From Dendrobates tinctorius (taxonomy: Eukaryota), in contig NW_027361823.1 in NCBI RefSeq assembly GCF_039654945.1, positions 29,574,001 through 29,638,000 on the forward strand: a DNA stretch of 64,000 nt, in the 5' to 3' direction. The translations under genes and the position numbers were made by a program. The notes beneath the pieces were generated by a model that worked only from the letters and a program-made list of their open reading frames with translations, did not search any database and was not told the DNA's origin. Positions within the stretch are counted from its first letter, which is position 1; each line of letters starts with the position of its first letter. Positions 12,257-28,194 of this stretch are shown here, in pieces.

Positions 12257-13882
12257 AGAAGAAAGGTTTTTCTGCGAGGTTAGTATCCACCTTACTCAGT
12301 GGCAGAAAACCAGTGACTACAAAAATTTATGGAAAGATTTGGAGGAAATTTTTATCTACCTCAGGCCCGATACGGGAGGGAGAAGTACCAGTAGGGGCAG
12401 TACTGGAGTTTCTACTGAAGGGTTTAGAGTTGGGGTTAGCTGTTAGCACCCTCAAAGTTCACGTTTCAACCCTGGCAGCCTTATTCAACTATGACCTGGC
12501 AAACAATAGATGGGTGACCAGGTTTATCCGTGCCTATATTAGATCTGACTGTCCTGTCTCCTAGGCCTCCTCACTGGGATCTAAATTTAGTCCTATCATC
12601 TCTGGTAGAAAGTCCATTTGAACCGCTAAAACGCAGCGTCAGATAAAGTGTTAACTTTAAAGACAGCCTTATTAGTGGCACTCACATCGGCCTGTAAGTG
12701 CGTGTAAGGCCGGGGTCACACTGGCGAGGAATACGGCCGAGTGAGAGGCGCTAAAAGCACGCATTACACACAGACCAATGATTCTCTATGGGGTCCCTCG
12801 CACCAGGCGTATATTTCTAATCCGTATTCTACGGTCCATGCCAATCACAGCATGCTGCGATTGTCAGCGTACTACGGCCGTAGTACGCCAATGCAAGTCT
12901 ATGGGTGCGCAAAAAATACGCATTACACACGGACCACACGTAACTTGAGAGAAATACGCACCCGGAGTCTTTTAGCAAAGCTGGCAATTCAGTGCGCTAT
13001 ATAGGAAACTCACACTGACAGGTTTAATAAAGAAAGAATAGATATATACACATAGAATACATGATATATAATATATATATGTGTGTGTCTATATCTATTC
13101 TTTGGTTTCTGTTAGAAACCCTGTCATAGGGCTCCATTATATGTCCATTTTGCAAGGCGGCGAGAAAATCTCGTCGTACGGATTACATACGGATGCTGAC
13201 ATGCGCAAAATACGCGACCACACCTTGATTACGGATGACATACGGAGCACTATTTAGGGGCCATTCATCCGTATTACGCATGTAAAATACTGACCGTATT
13301 TTACAGCGGTTAGTGTGACTCCAGCCTAAGTCTCCGACCCATCAGCAGACCCGCCATACACTCAGGTCATGGACAATAGGGTTGTGTTAAAATTAGACCC
13401 AGCATACCTCCCTAAGGTAGTGTCGAAATTCCACAGGGCTCAGGAGTTAGGCTTACCATCCTTTTGTCCTAACCCTGGTAACCAGAAGGAGAGACTTCAT
13501 TGCTTAGACGTTGGGAGATGTATCCTACAGTATTTAGAGGTGACAAAACCTTGGAGAAAACAGAGGGCCTCATTTGTCTCATACCAGGGAGCAAGAAAAG
13601 GCCTTAAAGCCTCTAAACGGACTATAGCTAGATGTGTGAGAGGCCATCATCCTAGCGTATAGTAGTGCAGGCAGGGCTGTTCCAGGAGGCCTAAAAGCCC
13701 ACTCCACGAGGGCCATGGCGACGTCCTGGGCGGAGCGAGCTGACGCCTCCATCGACCAAATCTGTAAGGCGGCCACTTGGTCCTCTCCATTTACCTTTTT
13801 CAAACATTACAGATTAGACCTATCTGCTACCTCTGATCTTGCATTTGGGAGAAGAGTGTTACAAGCAGTGATCCCTCCCTAA
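12215..13882 (+). pseudogene. DIRS1 tyrosine recombinase, disrupted and interrupted by a MITE
   Basis: YGKIWRKF, LPKVVSKFH, LHCLDV, HSTRAMATSWA and WSSPFTFFKHY motifs spread across frames. Confidence 0.85.
12708..13326. mobile_element. PIF/Harbinger MITE inserted in the DIRS1 recombinase gene
   Basis: TIR GGCCGGGGTCACACT / AGTGTGACTCCAGCC; TAA TSD at 12705-12707 and 13327-13329. Confidence 0.85.
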
Positions 13883-15053
13883 AGAGAATACAAATCTCTG
13901 TAACTCTCTGGTGGTGCCGTCATGTAGGATGGAAAAACACGGGTATTACATACCTGGTAATGTGTTTTTTCAGGAGACATGACGGCACCCTTATATTCCC
14001 TCCCTATTGATCACATCATTAGTTGGGTGCATTATACACTCCCTTGGTGTTGGAAATCTAGTAGTGTAAAGGATGTATTTATGTGTACACTAACCTGCGG
14101 AGTTCCCCTCGTGCTCTGTAAAACAACTGAGGCGGAGAGAGGAGCCGCCCCTTTTATCTTGAAGGTTTCCTGTCCTCGCTGGGCGGATCCCCTCTCTCGT
14201 GGTGCCGTCATGTCTCATGAAAAACACATTACCAGGTATGTAATACCCGTGTTTTTGGAGGGGTAAATCACTGAACATCCGAACAATGGTTGTCTGCTGC
14301 GTCGTTAAGTTTGTAAATGGGCGTTCCTGCAAAGTTATGGAGTCTCTGTGCCATGTCACTTATTTAGGGCATGGTGGGGTTGGCTGCCGGCATGAATAAA
14401 TTGTCATTTTGAGGCAAGAACAGACTACTTCTACTGTCAGTAATGGTAGTTAAAGAGTACCGATCTGGGGTTGCCCTTCTTCTATTTAAACAGTGCGTCA
14501 GATAGGCAATTTGTCTAAAAATAATCCAGTAACAAACCATTGAGAAGTAGTCCTGAAGCGACCTGAAAGGTGTGGGATCCTGGCATGGAGAGGTGCTCTT
14601 TACACTAACCCATCGCTGCCGCTAACTTTATTACGCTAATGCTAAGCAGTAACATTATTAAAGCGATAACCGCTCAAACGGCTTAATTAAGTCAAGTCTA
14701 CGGCAGGTTTCATGAGTCTCATCCGTGTGTTGGCTGAGACTCGGAGCCATAGCATAACATCAGATATCTTTTTGGTGTGGTTTTTTTTTTTTTTTTTTTT
14801 TACATTGCTATTTCTTAACATAGGAAGCTGTAAATTGTCTTGTAAACTAACTGCTGCGGTAAAAAACAAAACCTAAATATGAATGACCAGTGAGAAAAAT
14901 TGTCCCACGTTATCTGCGTAAAACTGACAATTCTTTTTTTGTATAGTAATGTCAACTTCGCCTTAGGATAATATCAGTAACACTCCTGAGAGGTTTTGTT
15001 GCTGGATTATTTTTAGACCATTTATCAATCTGGTGCTGTTTTATTAAAGGTAA

Positions 15054-15368
15054 GGCTGTGTGCCCACGTTAGCGGTTTTTTTCGCGTTTTCCATGCAAAA
15101 ACGCTTAAACGCATACATTAAGCATCCCATTCTTGTAATGCATTCTGCAATTTTTGTGCACGATGCGTTTTTTTTTCCGCATAAAAAATGCATCATGGAA
15201 AAAACATAGCATGTTCAGTAATTTTGCGTAAAAAAACTCATTTCCAACTATATTCAATGAGAATGTGGATGCTCTGGGAAAAAAAAAACGTGCAGAAAGA
15301 AAAAGCGGATTTCCTGGGAAGGAATCAAATTTTGCTCAGGAAATTTCTGCATACGTGGCCACATAGCC
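15054..15368. mobile_element. Harbinger-like MITE
   Basis: Inverted termini GGCTGTGTGCCCACGT / ACGTGGCCACATAGCC. Confidence 0.65.
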
Positions 15369-16327
15369 TCAGAGCCAGACTTGTAATGGCTTTCTCTTTG
15401 AGTACCTAGTACCTTAAATAAAAAAATGAAAATTGTGGCAGCTTTTTCTAGATCACCATCTGTATTGAAAATCAAAAATATATATCTTGCAATTTTTAGA
15501 CTCTAAGTTATTGTTTCAGGAAACAACACATGCACATTAGCCACAATGAACAGGCCCTATCTTTTTTATATTGCAGCATCTAATGAGCTTTCACATCACC
15601 TATTATGATAGCTGCTGACAACACAGGGTGCACCAATTACCGTACTTTGTATAGAGGTGTTGACTGTCATTGAAGCTGTTCACATGTCCATGTTTTATTT
15701 TTTTTTTTTTTTTTTGCGTCCCATGTGTTCGCAAAAATAAATCATGGAGACTCTTTAGGTTTTCATTCCGAGTCACTAATCAAAATTTCCCTGATAAAAT
15801 TTTCCATGAAAATCACATAGTGCAGTCCATATGCTGTCTGTGAGTAACATTGCAATGAATCTGATGTGCTTTGCAATTTATTGATTGATTTTTTTTTATG
15901 TGAAAATCACTGATGTTGATGAAACTTTAAATGTTGTTTGCTGTGTGAAAAATTACAACTTCTGAATGAAGCATTAGCCACGTTCTAGGCTGTTTTGAAC
16001 TCTGTAGACTCGTTTGTATGTATTAGACTGTCAAGTCCCAAGTAGTTCAAATGAAAGTAATAAAGTCTTGTCGTCTTTCCTTGCACTGAGTATTCAGATT
16101 CAAAAACTGATCGAATCTGTCTCCATATCTGCCCTCAGTAAGGTATCACATTACTGCTGCCTATAAAAGTCTATGAAGAGAGTTGGTTGGAGAAGCTGAA
16201 GGAAAACTGGAGCAAAGAGAACTAATTAAACTGCTGAGGCTTCTGGTACAAAGGAATATGTGCAACATGCAGATTATATAGTGGCTAGAAAGTGTTATTC
16301 CTCAAGAACACACATAGGACAGCTTAA

Positions 16328-18880
<2,553 letters not shown>

Positions 18881-19311
18881 AACCTATATAGAAATCGGAG
18901 TATGACGCCAAAGATTCAAATGAGAAATAGATATGTTGTAATATCAAAATTATTCGCTCTTTATTAGTACAGGTGCAAAAAAAGTACATTTAAAAGTACA
19001 ATCAAATGGTCAGATGACAGAGATGACACAAAGAGGAATGGAATCGCTGCACATGCATAATGAATGCAATGGTACAAAAATAATAATAAATGACCCCAAA
19101 TCTGCATAGAAACCTATGCCCATGCAACAAAGTCTCACACTTGGCCGTCTATTGTTTATACAGAAGTAAAGTTCAAGCCCAAGGGCATAAGGAATTCATA
19201 CAGAGCCTTCCATTAAAGTGCTATGTGCAGAAAGGTATGGAGAAAAAGATGAAACAGTAACCATGCTTACCCATAGAAAAAGTGCATGTGCGGAGTGTCC
19301 AGTCCCCAGAG

Positions 19312-19346
19312 CCCCTACGCACGTTTCGCGCTGGGCTTCATCGGGG
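19312..19346 (-). ncRNA. Degenerate minimal hammerhead ribozyme motif in a probable Penelope-like fragment
   Basis: Minus strand CCC-CGATGA-AGCCCAGCGC-GAAA-CGTGCG-TA-GGGG; core reads CCGAUGA instead of CUGAUGA. Confidence 0.5.
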
Positions 19347-20366
19347 AGCATTTTATTTCATAGATCAGTACTACACATGAAAATAAGCATCTGTGCAATA
19401 TATCTGATCAGAGAAATCTGTTTTTTTCTGCCAGAATTGATAATTCATTATCAGAATTCTCAATTCTGGGATAAAATGTGTGTTCAGTGAAGACCGACTT
19501 TCGGATGCTGAGAACTGTATCCGTAGCTGTTGTCTCCTATCTTGTCTGTCCGTTCTCACACCTCTAAATGATGCATAATGTAAGACTACCCTGTAAATAT
19601 ATTTTTAGAAGCCTTTAACTTTAACAAAAAAAAATCCTAAATCTGTTCACTTTCTAGCACCAAACTCCTGGTGACCTCCTCCACTTAATGATTTTCTCCT
19701 TGTCTTCACTAGACTCTTCCAAGGATATGATGTTAAAAGTTCAAGTTTCCAAAACCTTATTGTCTGGGGAACATATTTCAAGAGAAGGCTGTTAACCTGT
19801 TAAGTGACAGTGTTTTCTGGCTGTATTCACAGAACAATACTCTGTTTTATGTGACAGGAGACAAGTAAAATATAGACCCCGGCTCACATGTAGTGATGTT
19901 CTTTTTGGTGCAATAAGTTTTAGAAAATTTTATTATTGATTTGCATGAAAAAGCACAGATGTTTGCACATCACAAATCAAAAACCTCTAGAAAAGGAAAC
20001 CTGGATTTGGGGATAAAATAATAAAAAACTAAAAATGCACAACTCATAATTTGAAGCATTTTCTAAGTGCCCGGCAATGTGAGTACCAGAGTGCGTTAGT
20101 GAATGTAAATCATTCTATTTTATTTAAAAATTATAACTATTGGGGAGGGAGGAGTGGGTCACTGCTGTGGGTACTGTGGATGATACTGGCACTGCTCTGT
20201 ATGGAACATCAATGGACTGCTACATATGATTATGGAGAGCAAAAATCTGTTATTTCTACTGCTAAGGCAGGAGGTAAACCATTTCCGTAATGGTGGATGA
20301 TTGGGGAAGACACTATTGTGATGCCAGTGAAGGACAAGGGAGAAGCTCCACTACAGGGGCTTAAGG

Positions 20367-20447
20367 GAGAGAAGCTGGGCTGTGACTGCAGCGGAGGCAG
20401 GGGAGAAGCTGGGCTGTGACTGCAGCGGAGGCAGGGGAGAAGCTGGG
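20367..20447. repeat. Short tandem repeat, ~2.5 copies of a ~33-bp unit
   Basis: GAGAAGCTGGGCTGTGACTGCAGCGGAGGCAGG repeated. Confidence 0.85.
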
Positions 20448-20858
20448 TGTGTGACGCACTTCTGTCACTATATACGGTTGATGGTTGTACAGAATAGACT
20501 CATCTTACATTGTTCAGGAAATAACGTTGATGGCCGTTCTTATCACACTTGTTTGTTTTGCAGGAAACTTTCTCTACTTCAGCTCACCTGAGTTATGTAA
20601 TGTTTATTCAGTAAAGGTCTGGTATTTTGCAAGCACAAACCTGCTTAGCTTTGCCCTCGCTGACTGCAGTACTTCTCTGTTCAGGGATGTTTGTTGTACT
20701 TTACATCTGATATTTCTATTAGAGGTCAACTAGTAACAAAGCCTTATATAAGTGTCAAATTCCCTTCATCTATAATGTAATAGTCCAGGAGGTAGGATAA
20801 TCTGGCGCTGTGTTCTGTGTACCTCTCATGTTACGTGGAGTCATACACAGGTTGTTGC

Positions 20859-21478
20859 TGTCACGAGCGTGTCACGTCCTTCTGGGAAATCTGGGGTTAG
20901 AAAATCATTACGTATTGTGAATCGCAGATCTTGCATTTAAACCAGGTTCTTTGTGTTTCATAAGAAATACATTGTTTCCTTTAGTTAACAACCCTTTCAA
21001 TGTTGGTTAGAAACTTTCAGCTCCATCTCACAGTTGTTCGTGACCTGTCATTTCCTCTCCCTATAAAATCTGGTCAGACCGTCTCTTCAGTGCCAGTGAA
21101 AGTTTTACTTCCTAGCTCCTTGGAGTCGCTGAGCTGAATTGGAGATCGTGGTTGCGTGCTGTTTTAGGATGTATGCTATTTTCATTGTTTTATTCTCATC
21201 TGATTGATCCGTTCCTATCCTCCCTATTGTTGGTTAGTGCATTTGTATGTTAGAGGTTTTCTGTTATCCTTGTTTTGTCTGTCTAGTTCACCTTATATTT
21301 CTGTCCCATGCCTCATGAGGGAGGGGGACAGATCAGGGTATAATAGAATCATAGTAAGGTCGGAGACTCAGGCCTCTCAACCTTTAAGAGTACCCCCGGG
21401 GCAGGGATAGTTAGGGTACCAGTTCCAGGGACAGTTTAAGGCCCCCCCTTCCTTACCGAAGACTGTCACAGCCTGAGA
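20859..21478 (+). mobile_element. Probable solo LTR (Gypsy-like)
   Basis: Begins TGTCACG and ends GTCACAGCCTGAGA (degenerate ..TGACA); near-TSD GTTGC/GTTAC; internal TATAAAA at ~21062. Confidence 0.55.
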
Positions 21479-21810
21479 GTTACTGTTCAATCAGCTACAA
21501 ATCCTATAAAATTATAGCATTCATGAATCCTCTTGAATATGGAGTCCAGAAGAGCGAGTGTGGCAGTGCATGGAGCGTACCAAAAGGACCAAATCCACAT
21601 GTCCATGTATAGATCACAATGCATGGATCGACCGTAGATCTCCTAACGCAAGCTAACAGTCATGTTGTCTGTGCCTGTCAATCAAGTTAAGAGATGTGAG
21701 AAGTGCAAGATGTAGCATGTAAATGTCAGGAGATATGTTGGAGAGGAATTGGGGAATTATAAACATATTGATGACAGAGGAACAAGTATTAATGGATGTG
21801 TGTGTATATA

Positions 21811-23418
21811 CAGTGCCTTGCGAAAGTATTTGGCCCCCTGGAACTTTTCAACCTTTTCCCACATAGCATGCTTCAAACATAAAGATACCAAATGTAAATT
21901 TTTGGTGAAGAATCAACAACAAGTGGAACACAATTGTGAAGTTGAAAGAAATTTATTGGTTATTTTAAATTCTTGTGGAAATTCAAAAACTGAAAAGTGG
22001 AGCGTGCAATATTATTCGGCCCCTTTACTTTCAGTGCAGCAAACTCACTCCAGAAGTTCGTTGTGGATCTTTGAATGATCCAATGTTGTCCTAAATGACT
22101 AATGATAAATATAATCCACCTGTGTGTAATCAAGTCTCCGTATAAATGCATCGGCTCTGTGATAGTCTCAGGGTTCTGTTTGAAGCACAGAGAGCATCAT
22201 GAAGACCAAGGAACACAACAGGCAGGTCCGTGATACTGTTGTGAAGAAGTTTAAAACCGGATTTGGATACAAAATGATTTCACAAACTTTAAACATCCCA
22301 AGGAGTACTGTGCAAGTGATCATATTGAAATGGAAGGAGTATCATACCACTGCAAATCTACCAAGACCCGGCCGTCCCTCTAAAGTTTCATCTCAAACAA
22401 GGAGAAGACTGATCAGAGATGCAGCCAAGAGGCCCATGATCACTCTGGATGAACTGCAGAGATCTACAGCTGAGGTGGGACAGTCTGTCCATAGGACAAC
22501 AATGAGTCGTACACTGCACAAATCTGGCCTTAATGGAAGAGTGGCAAGAAGAAAGCCATTTCTCAAAGATATCCATAAAAAGGGTGAATTAAAGTTTGCA
22601 ACAAGCCACCTGGGAGACATACCAAACATGTGGAAGAAGGTGCTCTGGTCAGATGAAACCAAAATCGAACTTTTTGGCAACAATGCCAAATGATATGTTT
22701 GGTGTAAAGGCAACACAGGTCATCACCCTGAACACACCCCACTGTCAAACATGGTGGTGGCAGCATCATGGTTTGGGCCTGCTTTTTTTTAAGCAGGGAC
22801 AGGGAAGATGGTTAAAATTGATGGGGAAAATGGATGGAGCCAAATACAGGACCATTCTTGAAGAAAACCTGTTGTAGTCTGCAAAAGTCCTGAGACTGGG
22901 ACAGAGATTTGTCTTCCAACAAGACAATGATCCCAAACATGAAGCAAATTCTACAATGGAATGGTTCACAAATAAATGTATCCAGGTGTTAGAATGGCCA
23001 AGTCAAAGTCCAGACCTGAATCCAATCGAGAATCTGTGGAAACAGCTGAAAACTGCTGTTCACAAACGATCTCCATCCAACCTCACTGAGCTCGAGCTGT
23101 TTGCCAAGGAAGAATGGGCAAGAATTTCAGTCTCTCCATGTACAAAACTGATAGAGACATACCCCAAGAGACTGTAATCACAGCAAAAGTTGGTGCAACA
23201 AAGTATTAAGTTAAAGGGGCCGAATAATATTGCACGCCCCACTTTTCAGTCTTTGAATTTCCACAAAAATTTAAAATAACCAATAAATTTCGTTCAACTT
23301 CACAATTGTGTCCCACTTGTTGATTCTTCACCAAAAATTTACATTTGGTATCTTTGTTTGAAGCATGATATGTGGGAAAAGGTTGAAAAGTTCCAGTGGG
23401 CCGGACACTGTCGCATGG

Positions 23419-23423
<5 letters not shown>
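21811..23423 (+). mobile_element. Tc1 transposon with disrupted transposase at 22199-23209
   Basis: TA|CAGTGCCTTGCGAAAGTATT left TIR, degenerate right TIR; HTH, GRPSK, ARRKP, WSDETK, QQDNDPKH, SPDLNPIENLW; stop at 22691 and frameshifts. Confidence 0.95.

Positions 23424-23476
<53 letters not shown>
23420..23476. repeat. (TG)n microsatellite at the Tc1 right end
   Basis: Pure dinucleotide run. Confidence 0.95.
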
Positions 23477-23484
<8 letters not shown>

Positions 23485-24653
23485 TTCTATCCTGAAAGTG
23501 CTAAGATGTACGGTATGTAAAGATTGATTTTTTTTTTTTTTTGAAATTTACACTGCATTACTGCTATATAGCATATGCTTGTAAACATGAAGTTGGCACA
23601 TAAATTGCGCAATTCATAAGAGCCCGTCCGCTGTGACAAAGACCTTCTTTAATGGGACCATAACCTAGTGTTTATCTAACATGCCCCTCTGGGCTTAACG
23701 CCTACAATATATTTAGAATGAGGGGGGAGGAGGGGATGGAGGTGAGTTTACTTTAATAAAACTTGTTGATTTAATATCTTTTTATTATGCAAATAGTTCA
23801 TAACATACAATGACTACAAGTGAAGGTTCTTTGTCATATCTTGGACATGTGCTTCAACTTCTCTAATCCTCCCTTTGTAATAAGGCTGTAGTCACTGTTT
23901 GTACTCAGATCCTGGGCATGCAGAGACGGATGAGCCAATTATATAACTCAGTGCTATGAGACTTAATAACCTCCTGTAAGAGAGACTCCCTTTCCTGGAA
24001 TGTGTCCTTAATGCGCTGTGTTTCATGGGCTTAGCATCATTGATTGTAAGACCAGAGCCGCACAACTCCAATGTATCCCTTTGTTTTCTGTGCTGTCTTT
24101 ACTGCATTTGCACTTTAGTTTTACTAATACTTTGTTTTTCAAGAGAGAAGATTTGTAACCAAAAATTAGTATTTTTAGGCCCCATTGACTTGGTGGGTGT
24201 TTTGCTTTCTCGACCATTAACCCCTTAACGCAGTTGGATGTAAGTGTACGTCCTGATTGCTGTTGCTTTACCCCAATCAGGCGCACTGTTATGTCTCACA
24301 GAAGGCAGGGACACAGGCGTTGTTCCCGCATCATCCATATCAAGAGCCTGCTTTTATGCACGGTTGAGCCCTTGTTACATGTGAATAGATTAGAGATGTC
24401 TTCGATCCCTGCACTCTAAAGACTCTCACATGCCGCTGTCAGTAGTGACAGCAGGATGTGGACAGTTTGACAGAGGGAGATGGCTCCCTCTGTCAGCCCA
24501 TCTGCGTAATCGGGAGTGCAGTTGGGGTGCTAGAGCAACTGGAGGCCCAACAATGGCCTCTAAGTCAGCAAAATTCCTCAGCCTTCAGGCTACGTTGCCA
24601 CCATGAGCTTTTGGTGCATTTTATTGATGCTGCATCAAAAATCCAACGTTTTA

Positions 24654-25306
24654 GGCCTGTTTCACACTTCAGTTTTTCACAGGAACGGGTGCCACCGGAT
24701 CGGCGGATGTACGGATCCGCCGATAGTTAAAATTTACAGGAACCGCGCCTGGGGAAAAAAAAACATACCGGCGCTGTAGCGTGCTCCGGGAGCGGGCATC
24801 TGCATGTAGCGGGAGCGGGCATGCTGATTACGTGGGAGCTGTCATCTGGATGTCGCTGGAGCATCGCTGATACGGCGGGATCTATCGCGGGCACGGCGGG
24901 ATCTCGCGGGAGCACCACTGATGTCGCGGGCACGGCGGGATCTCGCGGGAGCACCGCTGATGTCGCGGGCACGGCGGGATCTCGCGGGAGCACCGCTGAT
25001 GTCGCTGAAAGGTCGGGGGACAGAGAGAGAGAGAGAGAGAGAGATCCAGCAGCCAGACAGAATTGGGGGTTAAATATGTTTACAAATGGCGGATCCGGGC
25101 AGCGAAAAAACGTTGCAGGGTCCGTCCGGACATGTTGGCGGATCCGCTGACAAACGGATGCAACGGATCGCCATCAGTCAAAATTCGCCGATAATGCAAG
25201 TCAATGGGGAAAAAAAACGGATCCGCCAACAAAAATGGCGGATCCGTTTTTTTGCCAACACGGTGGATTTTGACTGATGGTGTCAAACGGATGTGTGAAA
25301 CAGGCC
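24654..25306. mobile_element. Harbinger-like MITE with an internal 39-bp tandem repeat and (GA)n
   Basis: TIR GGCCTGTTTCACAC / GTGTGAAACAGGCC with TTA flanks; related copy at 52053-52530. Confidence 0.8.
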
Positions 25307-25309
25307 TTA

Positions 25310-26692
25310 GGGTTTGTGCACACGCTGAGGATTCTGCTGCGGATCCGCAGCGGTTTTGGTCCTGCGGATCCGCAGCAGTTCCTGCTGCGGTGTACAGTAC
25401 CATTATAATCCATGGAGCTAGAAATCCGCAGTGCACACAGTGCGGAATTTTACCCGCGAATTTGCTGCGGTTTAAAAACCGCAGCATGTCAATTCTTTGT
25501 GCGGATTCCGCTGAGGTTTGGCACCTGCTCCATGACAGGTGTCAAACCGCAGGGAAAACCCACAGGCTAAGCCGCAGAAATTCTGCAGATAAACCGCAGG
25601 TCTTTTGACCTGCGGATTTACACAAGTCAGTGCAGAAAATTCCGCAGCACAATCTGCAGTGTGTGCACACACCCTTACAGTTCCAGCAGAGTGGATGAGA
25701 TTTATAGAAGTCTCCTGATAACTGTTCTTTTATTTTACTCGATGTAAATTGGCCTACGGTGCGTGTTTCAAATCTGAAGCATGTCCGTTTCTCTTGAGGG
25801 TACGCCGAGTCTTCTGTGTGGATTTTCCCTGTAGACTTGCATTAAATGCAAGAAAATAATGCCCATGCGCTGTTAGTGTGTTTACACTTTGGAAATGCAT
25901 GTAATCTGCATCTAAGTATATCAATAAAGTTTTGCCAAAGGCAAAAAACAGGAGATATGAAAAACAAAACGGCTTTATTTAAAGCATGACACAAAACAAA
26001 AACATAGCATCTAAAACATAACACGTAAAAAATGCAAGTAACCTAACGCTATGTGCACACGGTGCTGATTCTGCTGCGGATCCGCAGCGTTTCAGGCTCT
26101 GCGGGTCCACAGCAGATTTAGGTGTGTTGTACAAGTACCATTGTTTTCAATGGTAAACTGAAAAATGCTGTGCACAAGCTGCGGATTTGCTGAGGGTTCA
26201 TATCCGCAGCATGTCAATTCTTTGTACGGAATCCGCTGCGGTTTCACACCTTCTCCATTGTAGAGATGTGAAACTGCAGGGCTAAACCGCAGGTAAACTG
26301 CAGGCTAATCCGCAGGTCTTTTGACCTGAGGTTTTACCTGTGAATTTTTACAAATCCGTGCTTAAAAATCCACAGGAACAAAATCTACGTGTGCACATAG
26401 CCTAATTTAGAAAGGTACAGAAAATCTGCAGTGTGAAACGCGCCAAAAGCTCATGTGGGAACAAAGCCTTAGGGTATGTGCACACGTTGCAGATTCTGCT
26501 GTGGAATTTTCCACGCAGATTTTGCTAAATCTGCAGGTAAAATGACCTGTGTTTTTACCTACGGAATTAGTGCAGATTTACTGCAGTTTTTGTGCGGATT
26601 TTCCCTGCAGTTTACACCTGCGGATTTCTATATGGAGCAGGTGTAAAGCTGCTGCAGAACTGCAGCAGAATCCGCAACGTGTGCACACACCC
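25310..26692. mobile_element. Cluster of three GTGCACACG-family MITEs (~25310-25674, ~26048-26402, ~26472-26692)
   Basis: Each has inverted GTGCACAC(G) termini, TWA flanks and CCGCA/TGCGG subterminal repeats. Confidence 0.75.
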
Positions 26693-28194
26693 TTAGTGTC
26701 ACGCCAGAGGCCGCGGTCTGATAGTAAGACATGCACTGTACTACATGAGTATTAATCTAAAAAAAAATAAAGACGATAAAATGCTTTCTAAGTGTGAAAA
26801 AAATGAAAATATAAAAAAGAAAGCAAAATTTCAATTTTTAATACGACAGATTTTGCTTCTCCATGTTCATAATGACCCATACTACAGTTATTAATTTATT
26901 CATCCACATAGTGAACCCCATTTAAAAAAACACAAAACAAAAAAACTGCCATATTTGCTGTTTTTGTTAATTTCCCCCAAAAGTGATCTAAAAGTATAAT
27001 GGTACCAATAAAAACTAAACTCATTATGCAAAAAAAGCCCTCATGCAGTTCTTCATGCAAAAAAATGAACTATAAAGGCTACGGACAGAGTGTCGCTTGG
27101 AGCCTTATATTATAGATGCTGCTGCTGTGCATGGCATTTTCTCTAACCACTATAAAGAATGGTGGATGTTATCAGGAGAGTTAGAACACGGTTACATCAT
27201 TCTGGTCCCCACATGTTCACACCCACGTACATCTGGAAATATATTTCTTATCTTCTGACAAAAACAAATCTCCATGCCGAGGGATGAGTCAGGCTGCACA
27301 CGTGTGCTCCAGTTTGTCACAGAATGTGATATCGCTAAAGCTGAATTCACACATCCGTATTATCCTGTCTGTGCTCCCCTAACCCGCACTGAGGGCTTCC
27401 TATATACCTGTCAGAAGACCCCTGAACTGGCCGGTTTTGTGGTCCCGAGTATGGATCGTATAAGTGTGTGTGAATTCAGACTTGAACAGGTCATCTACTA
27501 TTGTTCATCCCATATGAACGCCCCAGTGTGCCCCTGATCGGCTGCAGCGGTTACTTGTCATTGTGTACTCAAATTATCCATCGTATGTCCATTACTTTTA
27601 CAGAAGGTTGTGATGGACCGTATGATTGTAATTGATCACCTTGTGATTGATCTGCCCGATCATTGCACAGCTTAAATGGCCTGTGAATATCTTGCTAGTC
27701 AATGATTGAATCTTCTATACATACATAAAAATTACTGCTTGACAAAGTAATGTTCCCCCGTGTTATCAGGGGCTGTGCTGCTGACAAACTGAATGGGGAA
27801 GAAGAATGAACAAACAAACCCTGATTATTGAAGCAAATTCACTTTATGAGCAATATTGTCTTAAATTCTACGTTTTTTATTTTTGCTTGCTTTTTATCTG
27901 CATGTTTTCTGTAGGTGTCCACGCCAAAGTAAGCAATTGTCATTAATTGTGTAGTTTTTATTTTCCCCTTTTGATGCTTTTTGGTGCAGATTTGAAGCCA
28001 AATTTTGCTCCAATAACCACACAGCAGTTCACCAGCTTCATTAAATGGACCTTTGGAATGACTTTATAGAATTTTATCCACTTAGCTTAGACCGTTAAAT
28101 GCAGCAGATGGTCAGTGCCAAGAAAAAAATGCAGCAGTAAAAATGTAGTATTTACGCTATGTTTGAATACGGCCTCAGACTCTTTCCAAATCTA

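Larger units (their letters stand above)
7650..14256 (+). mobile_element. Full-length but decayed DIRS1-group tyrosine-recombinase retrotransposon (copy 1)
   Basis: Inverted terminal repeats (~7662-7750 vs ~14125-14212); internal complementary region ~13911-13990 matches both termini across a TTTTT junction; gag, RT/RNase H/MT and YR remnants. Confidence 0.93.
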
